DNA from: Felis catus | Lineage: Eukaryota | Reading direction: 5' to 3' | DNA length: 64,000 nucleotides | NCBI RefSeq assembly: GCF_018350175.1 | Contig: NC_058385.1 | Location: 40,238,001 to 40,302,000 of the forward strand | In this document: in pieces, positions 1 through 11,428 of the stretch | Layout of the letters: each line of letters begins with the position of its first letter | Numbering within the stretch: position 1 is the first letter of the stretch | Notes under the pieces: model-generated | Seen by the model: only the letters and a program-made list of their open reading frames with translations | The model's database searches: none | Told to the model about the DNA's origin: nothing | Made by a program: the position numbers and the translations under genes

Positions 1-13
1 CAGATACAGACTG

Positions 14-16
<3 letters not shown>

Positions 17-58
<42 letters not shown>
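17..58. repeat. (GT)n microsatellite followed by a GA-rich tract
   Basis: Pure GT run of about 21 units, read directly. Confidence 0.97.
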
Positions 59-60
<2 letters not shown>

Positions 61-398
61 GGAGAGAGAGAAGGAGAAAGAGAGAGACAGAGAGACAGAG
101 AATTGGCTCTATTTAACTTAAAATTTCTGAAATGATGAAGTAGGGAATATTTTTTTACCTGATGCCCCAAACTCTAGGAAGTTTTAGTCTGGACCACATC
201 AGGTTTTCAATATGAGGCATGCTGGGAAAATGACACATGAAGACAAGTCTTTAAGTCATTATATATGTAGTGGTCCCTTCTCAATCTCTCTTCCCTGTGC
301 CTGAAATCCCAGGATGTGGGACTGTATCTACTTATTTTCTTTCTACTGCCATGAGAATTTTAGATCTGAACTTGTGGACATCAGTTGTCATTTCTGCT

Positions 399-434
399 AA
401 GAACTAGAAAAAAGAAAAGAACTAGAAAAAAGAA
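399..434. repeat. 18-bp tandem duplication
   Basis: AAGAACTAGAAAAAAGAA at 399-416 and 417-434. Confidence 0.9.
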
Positions 435-809
435 CTGGGCTTTGGGAGAAGAGGAAGGTGGAATAGGGATTGAGATTATTGTGGTGAAGCCTCAAGAGGT
501 TCAGGGCACAGAAGAGAAGCCAAGGGAGATTGTCCTTCCATCAATGGATGGAAGAAGGGTCAGAGCCATGCAGCAAGAGCTCCAGCCTAGGAAAGCAGGG
601 GCTCTCTAAGGAGCTACCCCACCTCCAAGCTACTCCAAGGAGGTTCAATACAGGTTTCCATTGTCTCTTTTACGGCTTTATTTCTGGGACTAAAGTCAGA
701 CTCCAGGAATGGATTCCATAACTAGCAGGGAAAACAAAAATCAGAGAGGTATTGGATATCTGGAAAGAGAACCAAAACGGAAAATAAACTACTTATTAGG
801 ATAAAAAGC

Positions 810-1025
810 AACATGATAGAGTTAAAAGAATAGAACTTCCGGGGTCAGGTTCAGAACCCAGTTCTGCAATTTATGTGTGAATTGGAGAAGTAGTTTGTTC
901 TGTTTTAAGCTTGCTTTCCTCATCCATAATGGGGATAACGGTATCTTTCTTATAGGGTCTTATGAAGATTGAATAAAATAATAAATATCTGCAATACAGT
1001 ATGTGCTCAGTTAATGGCAATTATC
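810..1025 (+). mobile_element. MIR SINE, degraded
   Basis: MIR core TTTCCTCATCCATAATGGGGATAA...ATAGGGTCTTATGAAGATTGAAT and 3' GTGCTCAGTTAAT. Confidence 0.8.
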
Positions 1026-1295
1026 AATATACTATTTGTAACAGAGATAAACATATTTGTAAGTATCTTATTAAAGCTTAGGAGAAGGGAAAGAGATAAA
1101 TAATAGATTAATTAATTATAGAGCATTAATTATAACTTATTTAAGGTGTGTAAAATAGTATTGATAGCATGTGTTTGATTGTTATATTTCAGTAAATGTA
1201 AAACAAATAGGGATAAGATTCTTCCTAACCTTTCTTGTAACCTTTATTTCTCTGTAAAGTCTTGGCTTCCTCAACTGGGAATTCTACAATGAGGG

Positions 1296-1685
1296 TGTAG
1301 TGAACGCAGTGGTACCCAGCCAGATCCACCCTGGTTAGACCCAACACTCATTCCCCCAGCCTCTAGGCTTGTTGGTAGCTGAAGGGTCCCGACTGAGTTT
1401 CTCCCAAAAGAGAGCTGCCCTTAGTCACAGGGAGATTCCTACCCAAGACCATGTCCCTTCCTGGGGCAGCCAGCCCCTAGTGCCCTTTGAGGAAGGTTTT
1501 CAAAGACCCAGCTGTTCTAGATGGTGGGCTTCACATGGTGGGAGCTGAGGCCTTTGCTCCGGCTGCATCATCGTTAGGTTCTTCCTCAGCCTCATCTTGC
1601 TGCCTTTACTCCGACACAGGAGATGGGCCTGGGAGCCCTTCCCAGGCTCTGCCGCTGAGTACTTCCTGGGACCCAACCAGAGGCA
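1296..1685 (+). mobile_element. Solo ERVL LTR (LTR16-like)
   Basis: TG...CA ends with a perfect 5-bp TSD GAGGG (1291-1295, 1686-1690). The 5' end TGTAGTGAACGCAGTGGTACCCAGCCAGATCC resembles LTR16. Confidence 0.8.
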
Positions 1686-3052
1686 GAGGGTTCAGGAAAA
1701 CACATTTTGCCATTGGAGACAGACCACCAGGACTCCAGAGAGGAAAGAGAGAATTTGGGCAGCGGTAGGTGCCCGGTATGTGGCAGGGGTCACTAATTAT
1801 AAAACTGTGAAAGAAGAGAGGTAGGCCAAGACGAGAATGGCAGGCCTGGCGTGGAGCGGGGTGGCTTGGCCTGAGTGGGAGGTCCCGGCATCAGGAAAGG
1901 CCCACAGAGTATTACAAGTCTACAGGGAAAAACAAACATTGAGAGAAAGGCTAGAGTTCCACCTGGCATGGCCATATTGGGGGGATGAAATGCCAACCCA
2001 AAACGGGTTGCCACTATTCTGACACCTTGTTCAACAAAGGTGTTCTTTTTTTTTTTTTTTTAATAAGTTTGTCCTCAACAGTACAGTAGAATTTCAAGAG
2101 AACAAGGAATTTATCTGATTCCAATCCTCTTTCCAGGAATTTTCCCCTGGGCCAAAGCAATTCCATAAAGACACTCACTCCCTTCAGCTTTCTCTTCTAT
2201 AGACGAGAAACAGAAGCTGTTTGTTTCCACCTCTACAGCTTGTCCAACTACTCTTTCTATTCTAAACTTTTACATTATAGAGAAGGGTTATAAGGAGTTT
2301 ATAAACTGCAAATTCTGGCTTATAGCTTGAAGGGCATAAATGTGCTGTGCCACCAATTCGGTGCTATTCAAAAGGGCATATTTTATACTCTACTGTAAAA
2401 GTACTCACCAGGTGTGCCGTAAACATGAGTGTTTGAGGGTTTCCTGGCTGGGCCTTCATCATCTTGGGTTTATTGAGCATTTTATTATTTCTAGCTAATA
2501 GTAGAGTTGTGTTTCTGGTTGCACTTAGAGGTAGTGGTGGTAAGTTTGAGAAAACCAGATTACTCTCCCCAGAAGCTCAGGATCAGGTCTCGCCTGGCAG
2601 TTCAAAAGTTCCTCCTGAGAATGATTTGAATGAAGCTGTTGTTCCCTGCTTGCAGGTGGTCGGACATGTTTTCTTCCTTCTCCTCATCCCATCACAAGGG
2701 CTTTTAAGTTATTAAGAAATCATCAGTGTGTGCATTATTCAAGAGCCATGACAGATCATTCTCCCACCGGGAGTAGGAGAGAGAGAAAGAGGAGTCGGCT
2801 TGGAACCACCATCGTGTGCGTCTAAGAAGTGGGAGATCACAGCCACCATGCAGGCCACCTCCCCTTGTCACTGGTGAGGTGGCCAGGGCTCTACCTCAGT
2901 CCTAAAGCCTGGAGATGGGTTCCACTGGCTGGTGCTGCATCGCAAGCGCTTCCGGCCTGGACCTGTCTCTCTCTGCTCCACAGTCAGCAGAAAGAGTAGC
3001 TCCAGCGGTCACTCAGAAGCAAGTCCCCACCAGCTACAATGTGGGGGAAACG

Positions 3053-3707
3053 TGTATTTGCTACGGCTGCTGTAACAAAGTACCACAAACTAGGTGCCTT
3101 AGAACAACAACAGAACTTTATTGTCTGATGGTTCTGGAGGCCAGAAGTCTGAAATCAAGAAGTTTGCAGAGACGTGCTCTCTCCAGAGGCACTAGGGAAC
3201 GGTCTGTTCCAGGCCTCTCTCCTTGTAGACTGCTTGTAGCTTTGGCTTCCAGATGGTGGTCTTCTTCCTGTACCACTTCACATCGTCTTACCTCTGTCTG
3301 TGTCCAAATTTCCCCCTTTAAGGGCATCTAATCATATCAGATTAGGTCCCACACTACCCACCTCACTTGGTTCTCTCTTAAAAGACCCAATTTCCAGGAT
3401 GCCTGGGGGGCTCAGCCGGTTGAGCGACCGACTTAGGCTCAGGTCATGATCTCGAGGTTCATGGGTTCGAGCCCCACATGGGTCTCTGTGCTGACAGCTC
3501 AGAGCCTGGAGCCTACTTCAGATTCTGTGTCTCCCTCTCTCTCTGCCCCTCCCCTGCTCTCTCTCTCTCTCTCTCAAAATAATAATAAAAGTAAATTTAA
3601 AATAAAACATAAAAGACCCTATTTCCAAATACTGTCACATTCTGAGGTATTGGGGTTTAGGACTTCAGCATATACTTTGGGGCTGGGGCGCCGTTCAACC
3701 CATAACA
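3053..3707 (-). mobile_element. MaLR LTR (MLT1B/C-like) split by a SINE
   Basis: GCTGCTGTAACAAAGTACCACAAACT...GTTCTGGAGGCCAGAAGTCTGAAATCAAG; ends at TTCAACCCATAACA. Confidence 0.88.
3397..3609 (+). mobile_element. SINEC (felid CAN-SINE)
   Basis: tRNA-derived head, (CT)n and A-tail. TSD TAAAAGACCC(A/T)ATTTCCA at 3379-3396 and 3610-3627. Confidence 0.95.
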
Positions 3708-3809
3708 TTATGCAAATGTTCTGGTTCCGATAACTGGGTAGTTGCCTTTCAATGGAGACAATCCTCTCAAGAATTGAGGTAAATCCAAGAGAATCTCCAA
3801 ATATTGCCT

Positions 3810-4050
3810 GGCAGTGTGGTTAGTTAAGAGCCCAGGGTGCAGCCCTGGAACCAGACAAAACTGCCTGTAAGTCACAACTTTGCTAGTTCCCAAAGAAGTC
3901 ACCTCTCTCAGCCTCTGCTTTCTTGACCGCAAACTAGCGCGAAGTATGGTTTAGGTTTTCATGCGGCTGCTGTGAAGGTGAAGTGAGAAAATATAAGCAT
4001 CGAGTATTAAGACCTAGGCACCTGCTGAAGTTTCAATAAGGATACTACCT
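3810..4050 (+). mobile_element. MIR, degraded
   Basis: GTGGTTAGTTAAGAGC head and ACCTCTCTCAGCCTCTGCTTTCT core. Confidence 0.65.
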
Positions 4051-4974
4051 ATTTTCAAACGTCAAGGTTTCTCCCTCCCTGTAGAATGAACGTCTAGGGG
4101 CCCAGCCTGAGGTTACTCCTTAAAGCGCTGTCTATAAAATCCAAAAGAGCTACCAAGGCATCAGTCCCAGCCTCCCTACAGAGACACTGCAAACAATGGC
4201 AAACAAATTGGGTAGGTTTGGATCTTATCTTCCAGCCAATCTAGAAATCTATTGTTTCCAAGCTCTTCAAAGTTTGTGTTTTCCAAAGAGAGAGGTCTTT
4301 TTCCCTTCCTTAAAAAAAAAAAAGTCACTGTCTGAGTCAATAGATTCGTGGGTCATGGAAGCAAATTACAAAGCTAATACAATGGATTTGAGAAATTGCT
4401 AATGTAATCAGATTTTGAACAAGCTTTGGAAATGGTCCCTATTTCGCGCACCAAGGGTATTTTTCTAAACCGTTCATTGCTTTCAACAACCCCATTATAA
4501 AACCAACTAAAAGTGAGAAAAGCAAATTCAGCAGCAACCTATCTTGTCAGGACAAAGAAACCTTCCTCACCAGGAAGCTGTTTTCAGAAAAATATTCAAC
4601 ACCAAATAATCCTATTTGAATTTTGCCACTCAAAGAAGTCTCAGAAAGAGGGACTTGTGGAAGAAATTTGGGCAGGGGTGGGGGGTTTGGGGGGTGGGGG
4701 TGGGGGGGTGGAAGGAGGTAGACAGTCCTCCAGAAAGCCTTCATTTCTTTCTACCTAGAGAAATAGAAAAGATTTCTGTACCTTTCATTGTAGGAAGTAA
4801 AAATTATGTGATCCAACACCTCTGACTTTTAATATTTAAACCTCATAATAAAATGTCGCTGAAGACTTTACCTGCTCAACCAGTAAAAGAGACACTAAAG
4901 TCTAGAAGTCCCTGAGGCCTTGCCTAGCACATAGTAAATACCGCATTAACGTAAACTTTTCATCATTTCATATG

Positions 4975-5110
4975 TAAGGTGATCCATATGTCCTAGTTGC
5001 CCTGCAAAGTCCCAGTTTATATTTGTTGCCTCAACAAAAATGTTTATGATGTCTCCTTTCACTATCAAAAGTGACCCAGTTTGGACAAAAAAATCATATG
5101 GTCCACCCTA
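4975..5110 (+). mobile_element. MER94-like hAT-Blackjack MITE
   Basis: Terminal inverted repeats TAAGGTGATCCATATG / CATATGGTCCACCCTA; internal CCTTTCACTATCAAAAGTGACCCAGTTTGGAC. Confidence 0.75.
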
Positions 5111-5529
5111 TTGATAAGCAACTTTGAGAAGGTCTGCAAATATCCTACCACATAGGTTTCCTTTTATTTTTGGAAAGAACACCTGAAATTGCATTTAGGA
5201 TTTTATTGGGGGAAGAACTTACTTCCTTTGATATTAGATGTACGCATTTTCCCTTATGCAATGTTAAACATATGTGTTTAGGGTTTTGTGGGTTTTTCTT
5301 TTTTTTTATAAATTAACTTTTTCTGAGCAGTTCTCTCAATCTACAAATATTTACAGAGTGTCTACTGTGTGCAAAACAATTTTATATCCAGTACCAGTCA
5401 AAATTCCAAAACATAATTGAAAGCTCTCATTCAACCAAAAAAAAAAAATATTCTTCCTATGTTCACTAAGTTACTTTTATAAATCTTTTTAATTTGTAAC
5501 TATATGAAGACTTTAAACTGGTATGAAAA

Positions 5530-5728
5530 TGAGGCAGTAATCCAGACTGGAAAAGACATCAGGCTGGGCATGTGGTGACTTCAGTGCTCTGCCCAGCTGC
5601 TAATTAGACGTGGAAGGCTAGAAAGCCGTCTTCCCCTCGCTGGGTCCCAGTTTCCTCATCCATAAAATGAGAGAGTCAGATGAGATCATCTCTGAGGCTC
5701 CTTTCAGCTCTAAAATTCTATGATCTGA
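5530..5728 (+). mobile_element. MIR3/MIRc-like SINE
   Basis: CAGTTTCCTCATCCATAAAATGAG core and 3' CCTTTCAGCTCTAAAATTCTATGAT. Confidence 0.85.
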
Positions 5729-6231
5729 TGAACCATCTCTTTTCAATTGATTAAAATGTTAAGAGATTTCCTAAAGTAAACAAGCCAGGCATGATTCCAA
5801 TTTGTTTGGTTTTCCCATTTTTCTTTTCATTCATTCAGTTTTCCAGCTCAGAGCATTTGGGGGGGGGGGGGATACAAAGTACGTATTTCTGAATTGTCAT
5901 TTAGAGATGACACCTGAAATCTTCCCCATTTAAAATGCCTAACACGTTGCCATTTTTAACGTGCTTTCAAAGCATTTAGACAGCAAATTCAAAAGGAAAT
6001 AGTCTGCACAAAAGTTGACTTAGTTTTAACCATGCAGAGATTCAACCACCTTATAGTTTATTTTCCAGCTTGTAACGTGGAAGAACAAAAAGCAAAAGGG
6101 GATTGATAAAATAATAATAATAATAACTATTATTATAATAATAACAATAAAGTTCTAATATTCCTACCATCAGCTAAGGAATAGGTCAGTCCAAACCAGC
6201 TTAATGTTACCAGTGAACTAGCCCCTTTGTG

Positions 6232-6363
6232 NNNNNNNNNNNNNNNNNNNNNNNNNNNNNNNNNNNNNNNNNNNNNNNNNNNNNNNNNNNNNNNNNNNNN
6301 NNNNNNNNNNNNNNNNNNNNNNNNNNNNNNNNNNNNNNNNNNNNNNNNNNNNNNNNNNNNNNN
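6232..6363. other. Assembly gap (132 N)
   Basis: N run. Confidence 0.99.
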
Positions 6364-6528
6364 CCAGTGTAGCTTTCAGGCACAAGTAATTTTCATCAGA
6401 GCAAAATTCACAGTCAATTTATGATCAACAAAGATATTAAAATCTTAAAATTCTGTGGTAGATGCCAAAATCAAACTATCACAGGGACTTAGCTTTTTTT
6501 TTTAATTAAAATTTTTGAAGTATTTTAA

Positions 6529-6529
6529 C

Positions 6530-6565
<36 letters not shown>
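6529..6565. repeat. (CA)n microsatellite
   Basis: Read directly. Confidence 0.96.
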
Positions 6566-6568
<3 letters not shown>

Positions 6569-6937
6569 CTGCAACTCGAACCTTGATGGAATCAAAAAGG
6601 AATTTGCATTTTTGATTTTATGTACAGCTGGTGGCCAATGTGTTTATCTCGGTAGGGAGAGGGGGCAGGTGGGGGATAAAAATAGTAGTTAAGATAAAAG
6701 AATGATCTCAGTATGGATTTTTTAAATAAATGAGAAAAAATGGATGACAGAATTGAAAATCTATATTCTCCTCAGGAAGCAGGTATGGGAATAGAGGGAG
6801 CAACAGCATGCCTTCAGTGGAAGAGCAAAGAGAAGGTATCATCAAAGCCCAACCCTCATTAGAAGTGGCCCCTCTAATCTCAGGTTAAGAATTTAGGGCT
6901 CTTTTGAGAACACTATTATGTGCCCGTGGTTGTGTGT

Positions 6938-7102
6938 CAGGCAGAACTGGCTACATAATTTAAGGAACTCAGAAAAAAATGAAACCTTGAGCCCCCTTGT
7001 TCAGTAATTATGGAGAATTTCAAGATGGCGACAGTAAAGCATTAAACCAAGGCCAACACCCTGAGCAACTGCACAGGTCACATACTCATAAAACTGACCC
7101 TG
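6938..7102 (-). mobile_element. MER91A-like hAT-Tip100 MITE inside a MIR
   Basis: GGCTACATAATT...GAATTTCAAGATGGCGACAGTAAAGCATTAAACCAAG...CTGCACAGGTCACA...CCCTG matches the reverse complement of MER91A. MIR-like flanks extend to about 7290. Confidence 0.8.
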
Positions 7103-8424
7103 ACACCAAATTATCCACACCCACATTAGCTTCCATCCTTTTACTGAATTGCACAACCCAGGAGGTGTGTGCCTCTATCCAGGCTTTACAGATGAGGCCA
7201 TTGAAAATGACAGCAGTGTTTCACTCAGTCAGCTTGTGAGAGCTCAGATCCTCTTCCAAGAGACCTAGCACTTTCTACCATCCTGGCTACACTTAGTACT
7301 CCACAACAGGCAAAGGTCAGTAAAATACTCAATATTATACCTGAACTTCTAGTCTTCCAAAGATCTGGACTTCAATCAGGTAAGTCTCCTAAGCATGTGC
7401 ACCTGTTCTATTTGTCTTTGCTTACAGATTTTGCCCAATAAGTGTTAGCTAAATGAGTGAGTAGGTAAACATGGTATTCAATATAATAATAATATACTTT
7501 GGTAGATAATTTTTACATTTTTAAAAGCATTGTCACACACTTATTTTTTTCTAGAATTTAATATTGCTGGGTATTTTAAGTAATTCTTATGACTTATAAA
7601 TCCCTGATAGTCTGAGCCTGATATAGGACAAGAGAAATACCCACCCATATTCATTCAAAACTCTTTGCTAAGCACTGACTGAGGTAACCACTAGAAATAA
7701 ATATGCATATATATGTATGTACACATTTCCCTTAAAGGCTTTACCATCAGTAAGGCTTCCAGGATACTTTTTGAAGGGGAGTAAAAGGTATTTAGATGGA
7801 CAACTGTGGGACAAGATTTCAAAAGTAGAACGACATTTGCAAATTGCAAGACACAGAGAAAGAATGCATGTGTCACGTGATGGGAAACGAGAATGAAGAA
7901 GACAGGGACAGACCATGAAAGGACCTTGAGCACCAAGTTCAGGATGCTGGCTTTCTCCTAAAAGCTCTGAGGAATCATTCTAGGAGCCAAATGGCATTTC
8001 CATGACAAAATATATGGCTCTCAATCTGGAAACAGTTAGAGATGGGAATTGTAGGCTTCATAGCCAAAAGCTAGTCCTAATCATCCCAGCCCCATTCATC
8101 CTGGGTTCTCCATAATAGTTATCCCACAAATGTCCAAAGGTTCCTGAGAGTGAGAAGGAGCAGACTTCATGGAATTCTCATAAGAACTGATTTCATACCT
8201 GAATGCTCACCCATGAGCCCTGGTATGTTAATACCAGCCTCTCCACAAAGTCATAGGCAGGCAGTCAGTCTTGCATGATGGAGGGCCTTCAGGTCTCAAA
8301 TGGAGGATCCAGTCTCTTCAAAGCTGAGTAAGTTCTGTGGCCATTCTGAAAAATTAATGAGTCGCCTTCTATGAACTTGGTGCAAGCCCTTCCAGTTTAA
8401 CCTATTAGGTATTTCTCAGCCGTA

Positions 8425-9080
8425 ACCCCTCACCATCAGCTGTCACCACCCTAGTTCAGGACTTTTTCTTGGACAACTGTATCAGCCTGCTATCTGACCT
8501 GCAGCCTTACTTTTCCTGTGCTCAAATTCACCCTGTGCCCAGCTGCCCAAATGACATACATAAGGCACCAATCCGACCACTTTTACTCCCTGCATAAGAG
8601 CATCCCCATCCTCTACTTGATGAAGTCCAAGCCAGTTGCCACGGCATGTAATACTACACACACCTACCTCCGGGCCTGATTAGCTCTCCCCAAACCTCCC
8701 CATCTGCTCTCCGGTGTGGCATGAAACAGCTTGTGATTCCTGCACACACACTACCTATTTAACCTTCCCTGTTTTTTGCATCCATTCCTTCTGCCTAAAG
8801 GATCCTCTTAACATTGCCTTTCCTGGCTGATTCTGACTCATCCTTAAAGTTAATTCTGTTGCCTTTTCCTCCAGAAAACCACCGTGGACTCCTCCAGCCC
8901 CAGTGATAGGTGTCTCTCCTTTCTGATGCCATAAAAACTCTTCACATATATCTTTTTAAATTATATCACCATCATTTATGTATATGTCTCCCCCTTTGGA
9001 TGTGAATTCTTTGAGGATTCTAACGTATCTTCTTTATTCCAAGAGTTACCAGAGCACCTATACCCACTGGTGTTCATGTG
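8425..9080 (+). mobile_element. L2 LINE 3' fragment
   Basis: CCACCCTAGTTCAGG, CCTTCTGCCTAAAG, CTCATCCTTAAAG, CCTCCAGAAAACC, GATGTGAATTCTTTGAGG in the order expected for an L2 3' end. Confidence 0.75.
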
Positions 9081-9408
9081 TGCATATATCATGGCTTTCT
9101 AAGTTGGAGGGTCCGAAGAAGGAAAGGAAGAAGCAACGTAGGTTAGGTAGAAGTAAATGTTACATGGCTATAAGGGGCCATAGAAGAAATAACCTTCTCC
9201 TTTATTCCCCCTGCTGCTAAGGTCTAGAATACTTCCTAATTAATAAATATATTCCAAAGACATTCATGGAAAAGGAAAAGGAGGTGATCCTTATATTGGA
9301 TCCCCACAGAACAGGGCTTCAAAATAATCACCACCCCCTCATGAACATCTAAAAGCATTAGGAGCTCTCCAATTCCCCTAGACGAGATGAGCCATGGGAG
9401 GCAACTTT

Positions 9409-9626
9409 TTTTTTTTTAATTTAAATCCAAGTTAGGTAACATATACTGTAGTAATGGATTCAGGAGTAGAATGTAGTGATTCATCACTTACATACAACAC
9501 CCAGTGCTCATCCCAAGTGCCCTCCTTAATCCCTATCACCACTTAGCCCACCCCCCCCCCCCCCACCTACCTCCCCTCCAGCAATCCTCAGTTTGTTCTC
9601 TGTATTTAAGAGTCTCTTATGGTTTG
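9409..9626 (-). mobile_element. 5'-truncated carnivore L1 3' end
   Basis: Poly-T followed by CAACACCCAGTGCTCATC and TTTAAGAGTCTCTTATGGTTTG. TSD GGGAGGCAACTTT at 9396-9408 and 9627-9639. Confidence 0.92.
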
Positions 9627-9824
9627 GGGAGGCAACTTTATTAAGACAAAATTGACATGTTATCGGCAGCCGTAATGCTCTTTCCTTTCTGTCCCTAACT
9701 AAATTGTTAAAAGGCAACCATCCATTCTGAGATGGTAAGAAAGTCTTACTTGAGATGGCAAGACAGCCAGGAAAGGTAAACCTTTTTTTTTTTTTTTTTA
9801 ATCTTTCTCGAGTATGGCTCAGGA

Positions 9825-10052
9825 NNNNNNNNNNNNNNNNNNNNNNNNNNNNNNNNNNNNNNNNNNNNNNNNNNNNNNNNNNNNNNNNNNNNNNNNNNNN
9901 NNNNNNNNNNNNNNNNNNNNNNNNNNNNNNNNNNNNNNNNNNNNNNNNNNNNNNNNNNNNNNNNNNNNNNNNNNNNNNNNNNNNNNNNNNNNNNNNNNNN
10001 NNNNNNNNNNNNNNNNNNNNNNNNNNNNNNNNNNNNNNNNNNNNNNNNNNNN
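9825..10052. other. Assembly gap (228 N)
   Basis: N run. Confidence 0.99.
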
Positions 10053-11199
10053 CTGTGGTCTGTTACTTTCTGCAAGACAAGGAAATAGAGAAGATTCCAA
10101 CCTAAATATATAGCTAGCTTTTCAATATTTTTTAACTAATGAATTTATCTTTTTAATACACTTTGAGTACAAATTTCAGGGCTTCAGGTTCATTGGGAAC
10201 AGCTAAAAATACCAAAACATGGAATAAACCACAACATCCCGCAGTTCCCTCCATATGTTTTATTTTTTTTCCCCTGTTTATGGGATAAAATAGGTGAAAT
10301 AAAAGTAAAAGTTTAATTACAAGAAATAAAGTGTCAGCAGTGAAGTTCACAGCCAATTTTTGTACTTGGAGTCATGGAGCATGTTTCCATGATATGATTG
10401 TAGGTTTTTGATTGTGCAATAAAATAATTTCAACAATAAAAACCATTAGTATGCAGGTGTTCTACAATTTTCTTAGGGAGTTTTGCAAGAGTTGGCATGC
10501 ATTTGATAAATGCACTCTCAAACCCCAAACTCCTATGCAGAGACATGTGGCTTCACACGGAAAAGGCTTTTGCACACCTGCGGTAATCAAGCAAAAACAT
10601 AATGGGAAGCAAGGGGATTGGGGGACACACACCCTTCTGTCTTCAGACGAATATTGAAGTGTTAATGAAGCCTCATACACAGAAAGGCAGTATTGTGATT
10701 TGCTGACTTGGCCCACCCACAGTTTTAGTAACTATCACTTTAGAGATTCACGTGTGATCTTTAAATAAGCATAAAGGGAACAAATCCTATTTTGACCTTA
10801 TCGCAAAATTAGAAGTCACAACATGGCTTTTAAAGTACCTCTACTGTTCTTACAGTGAAGAGATACTCAGTTCGTTTCGTTGGCCAACACACATTTACTG
10901 AGCAAGTTTCTCACGATGAGCTCTTATTCTACGCTTAACAAATAAAGATGGTGTGCATTCACATCTAAGCCTTACACTGCAGAATCCTTTACAGGATCCT
11001 TCTACGCATCACCCACATTTAAAGCAGAATGAAGCAGAGCTCCCTGGTGGGCACGGAGGCAGGAACCCTGAGCCCAGCTCTGCAGACACCTGGGTAGGCA
11101 CAGCCTGGGAACCACCTCTCTATACTCCAGCGAGGGAAAATGCATTGTGTGTGTTACACAATAACTTCATTGAGGAAATTTTTACATCTCTTGTTTTTC

Positions 11200-11428
11200 T
11201 TTTTTTTTTTTTTAAATTTTTTTTTCAACGTTTATTTATTTTTGGGACAGAGAGAGACAGAGCATGAACGGGGGAGGGGCAGAGAGAGAGGGAGACACAG
11301 AATCGGAAACAGGCTCCAGGCTCTGAGCCATCAGCCCAGAGCCCGACGCGGGGCTCGAACTCACGGACCGCGAGATGGTGACCTGGCTGAAGTCGGACGC
11401 TTAACCGACTGCGCCACCCAGGCGCCCC
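11200..11428 (-). mobile_element. Young SINEC_Fc
   Basis: CpG-intact body; perfect 16-bp TSD ACATCTCTTGTTTTTC at 11184-11199 and 11429-11444. Confidence 0.97.

Noticed and set aside
3397-3480. tRNA gene-like A and B boxes
   Set aside because: These are the tRNA-derived heads of SINEC elements, followed by (CT)n, an A-tail and TSDs.
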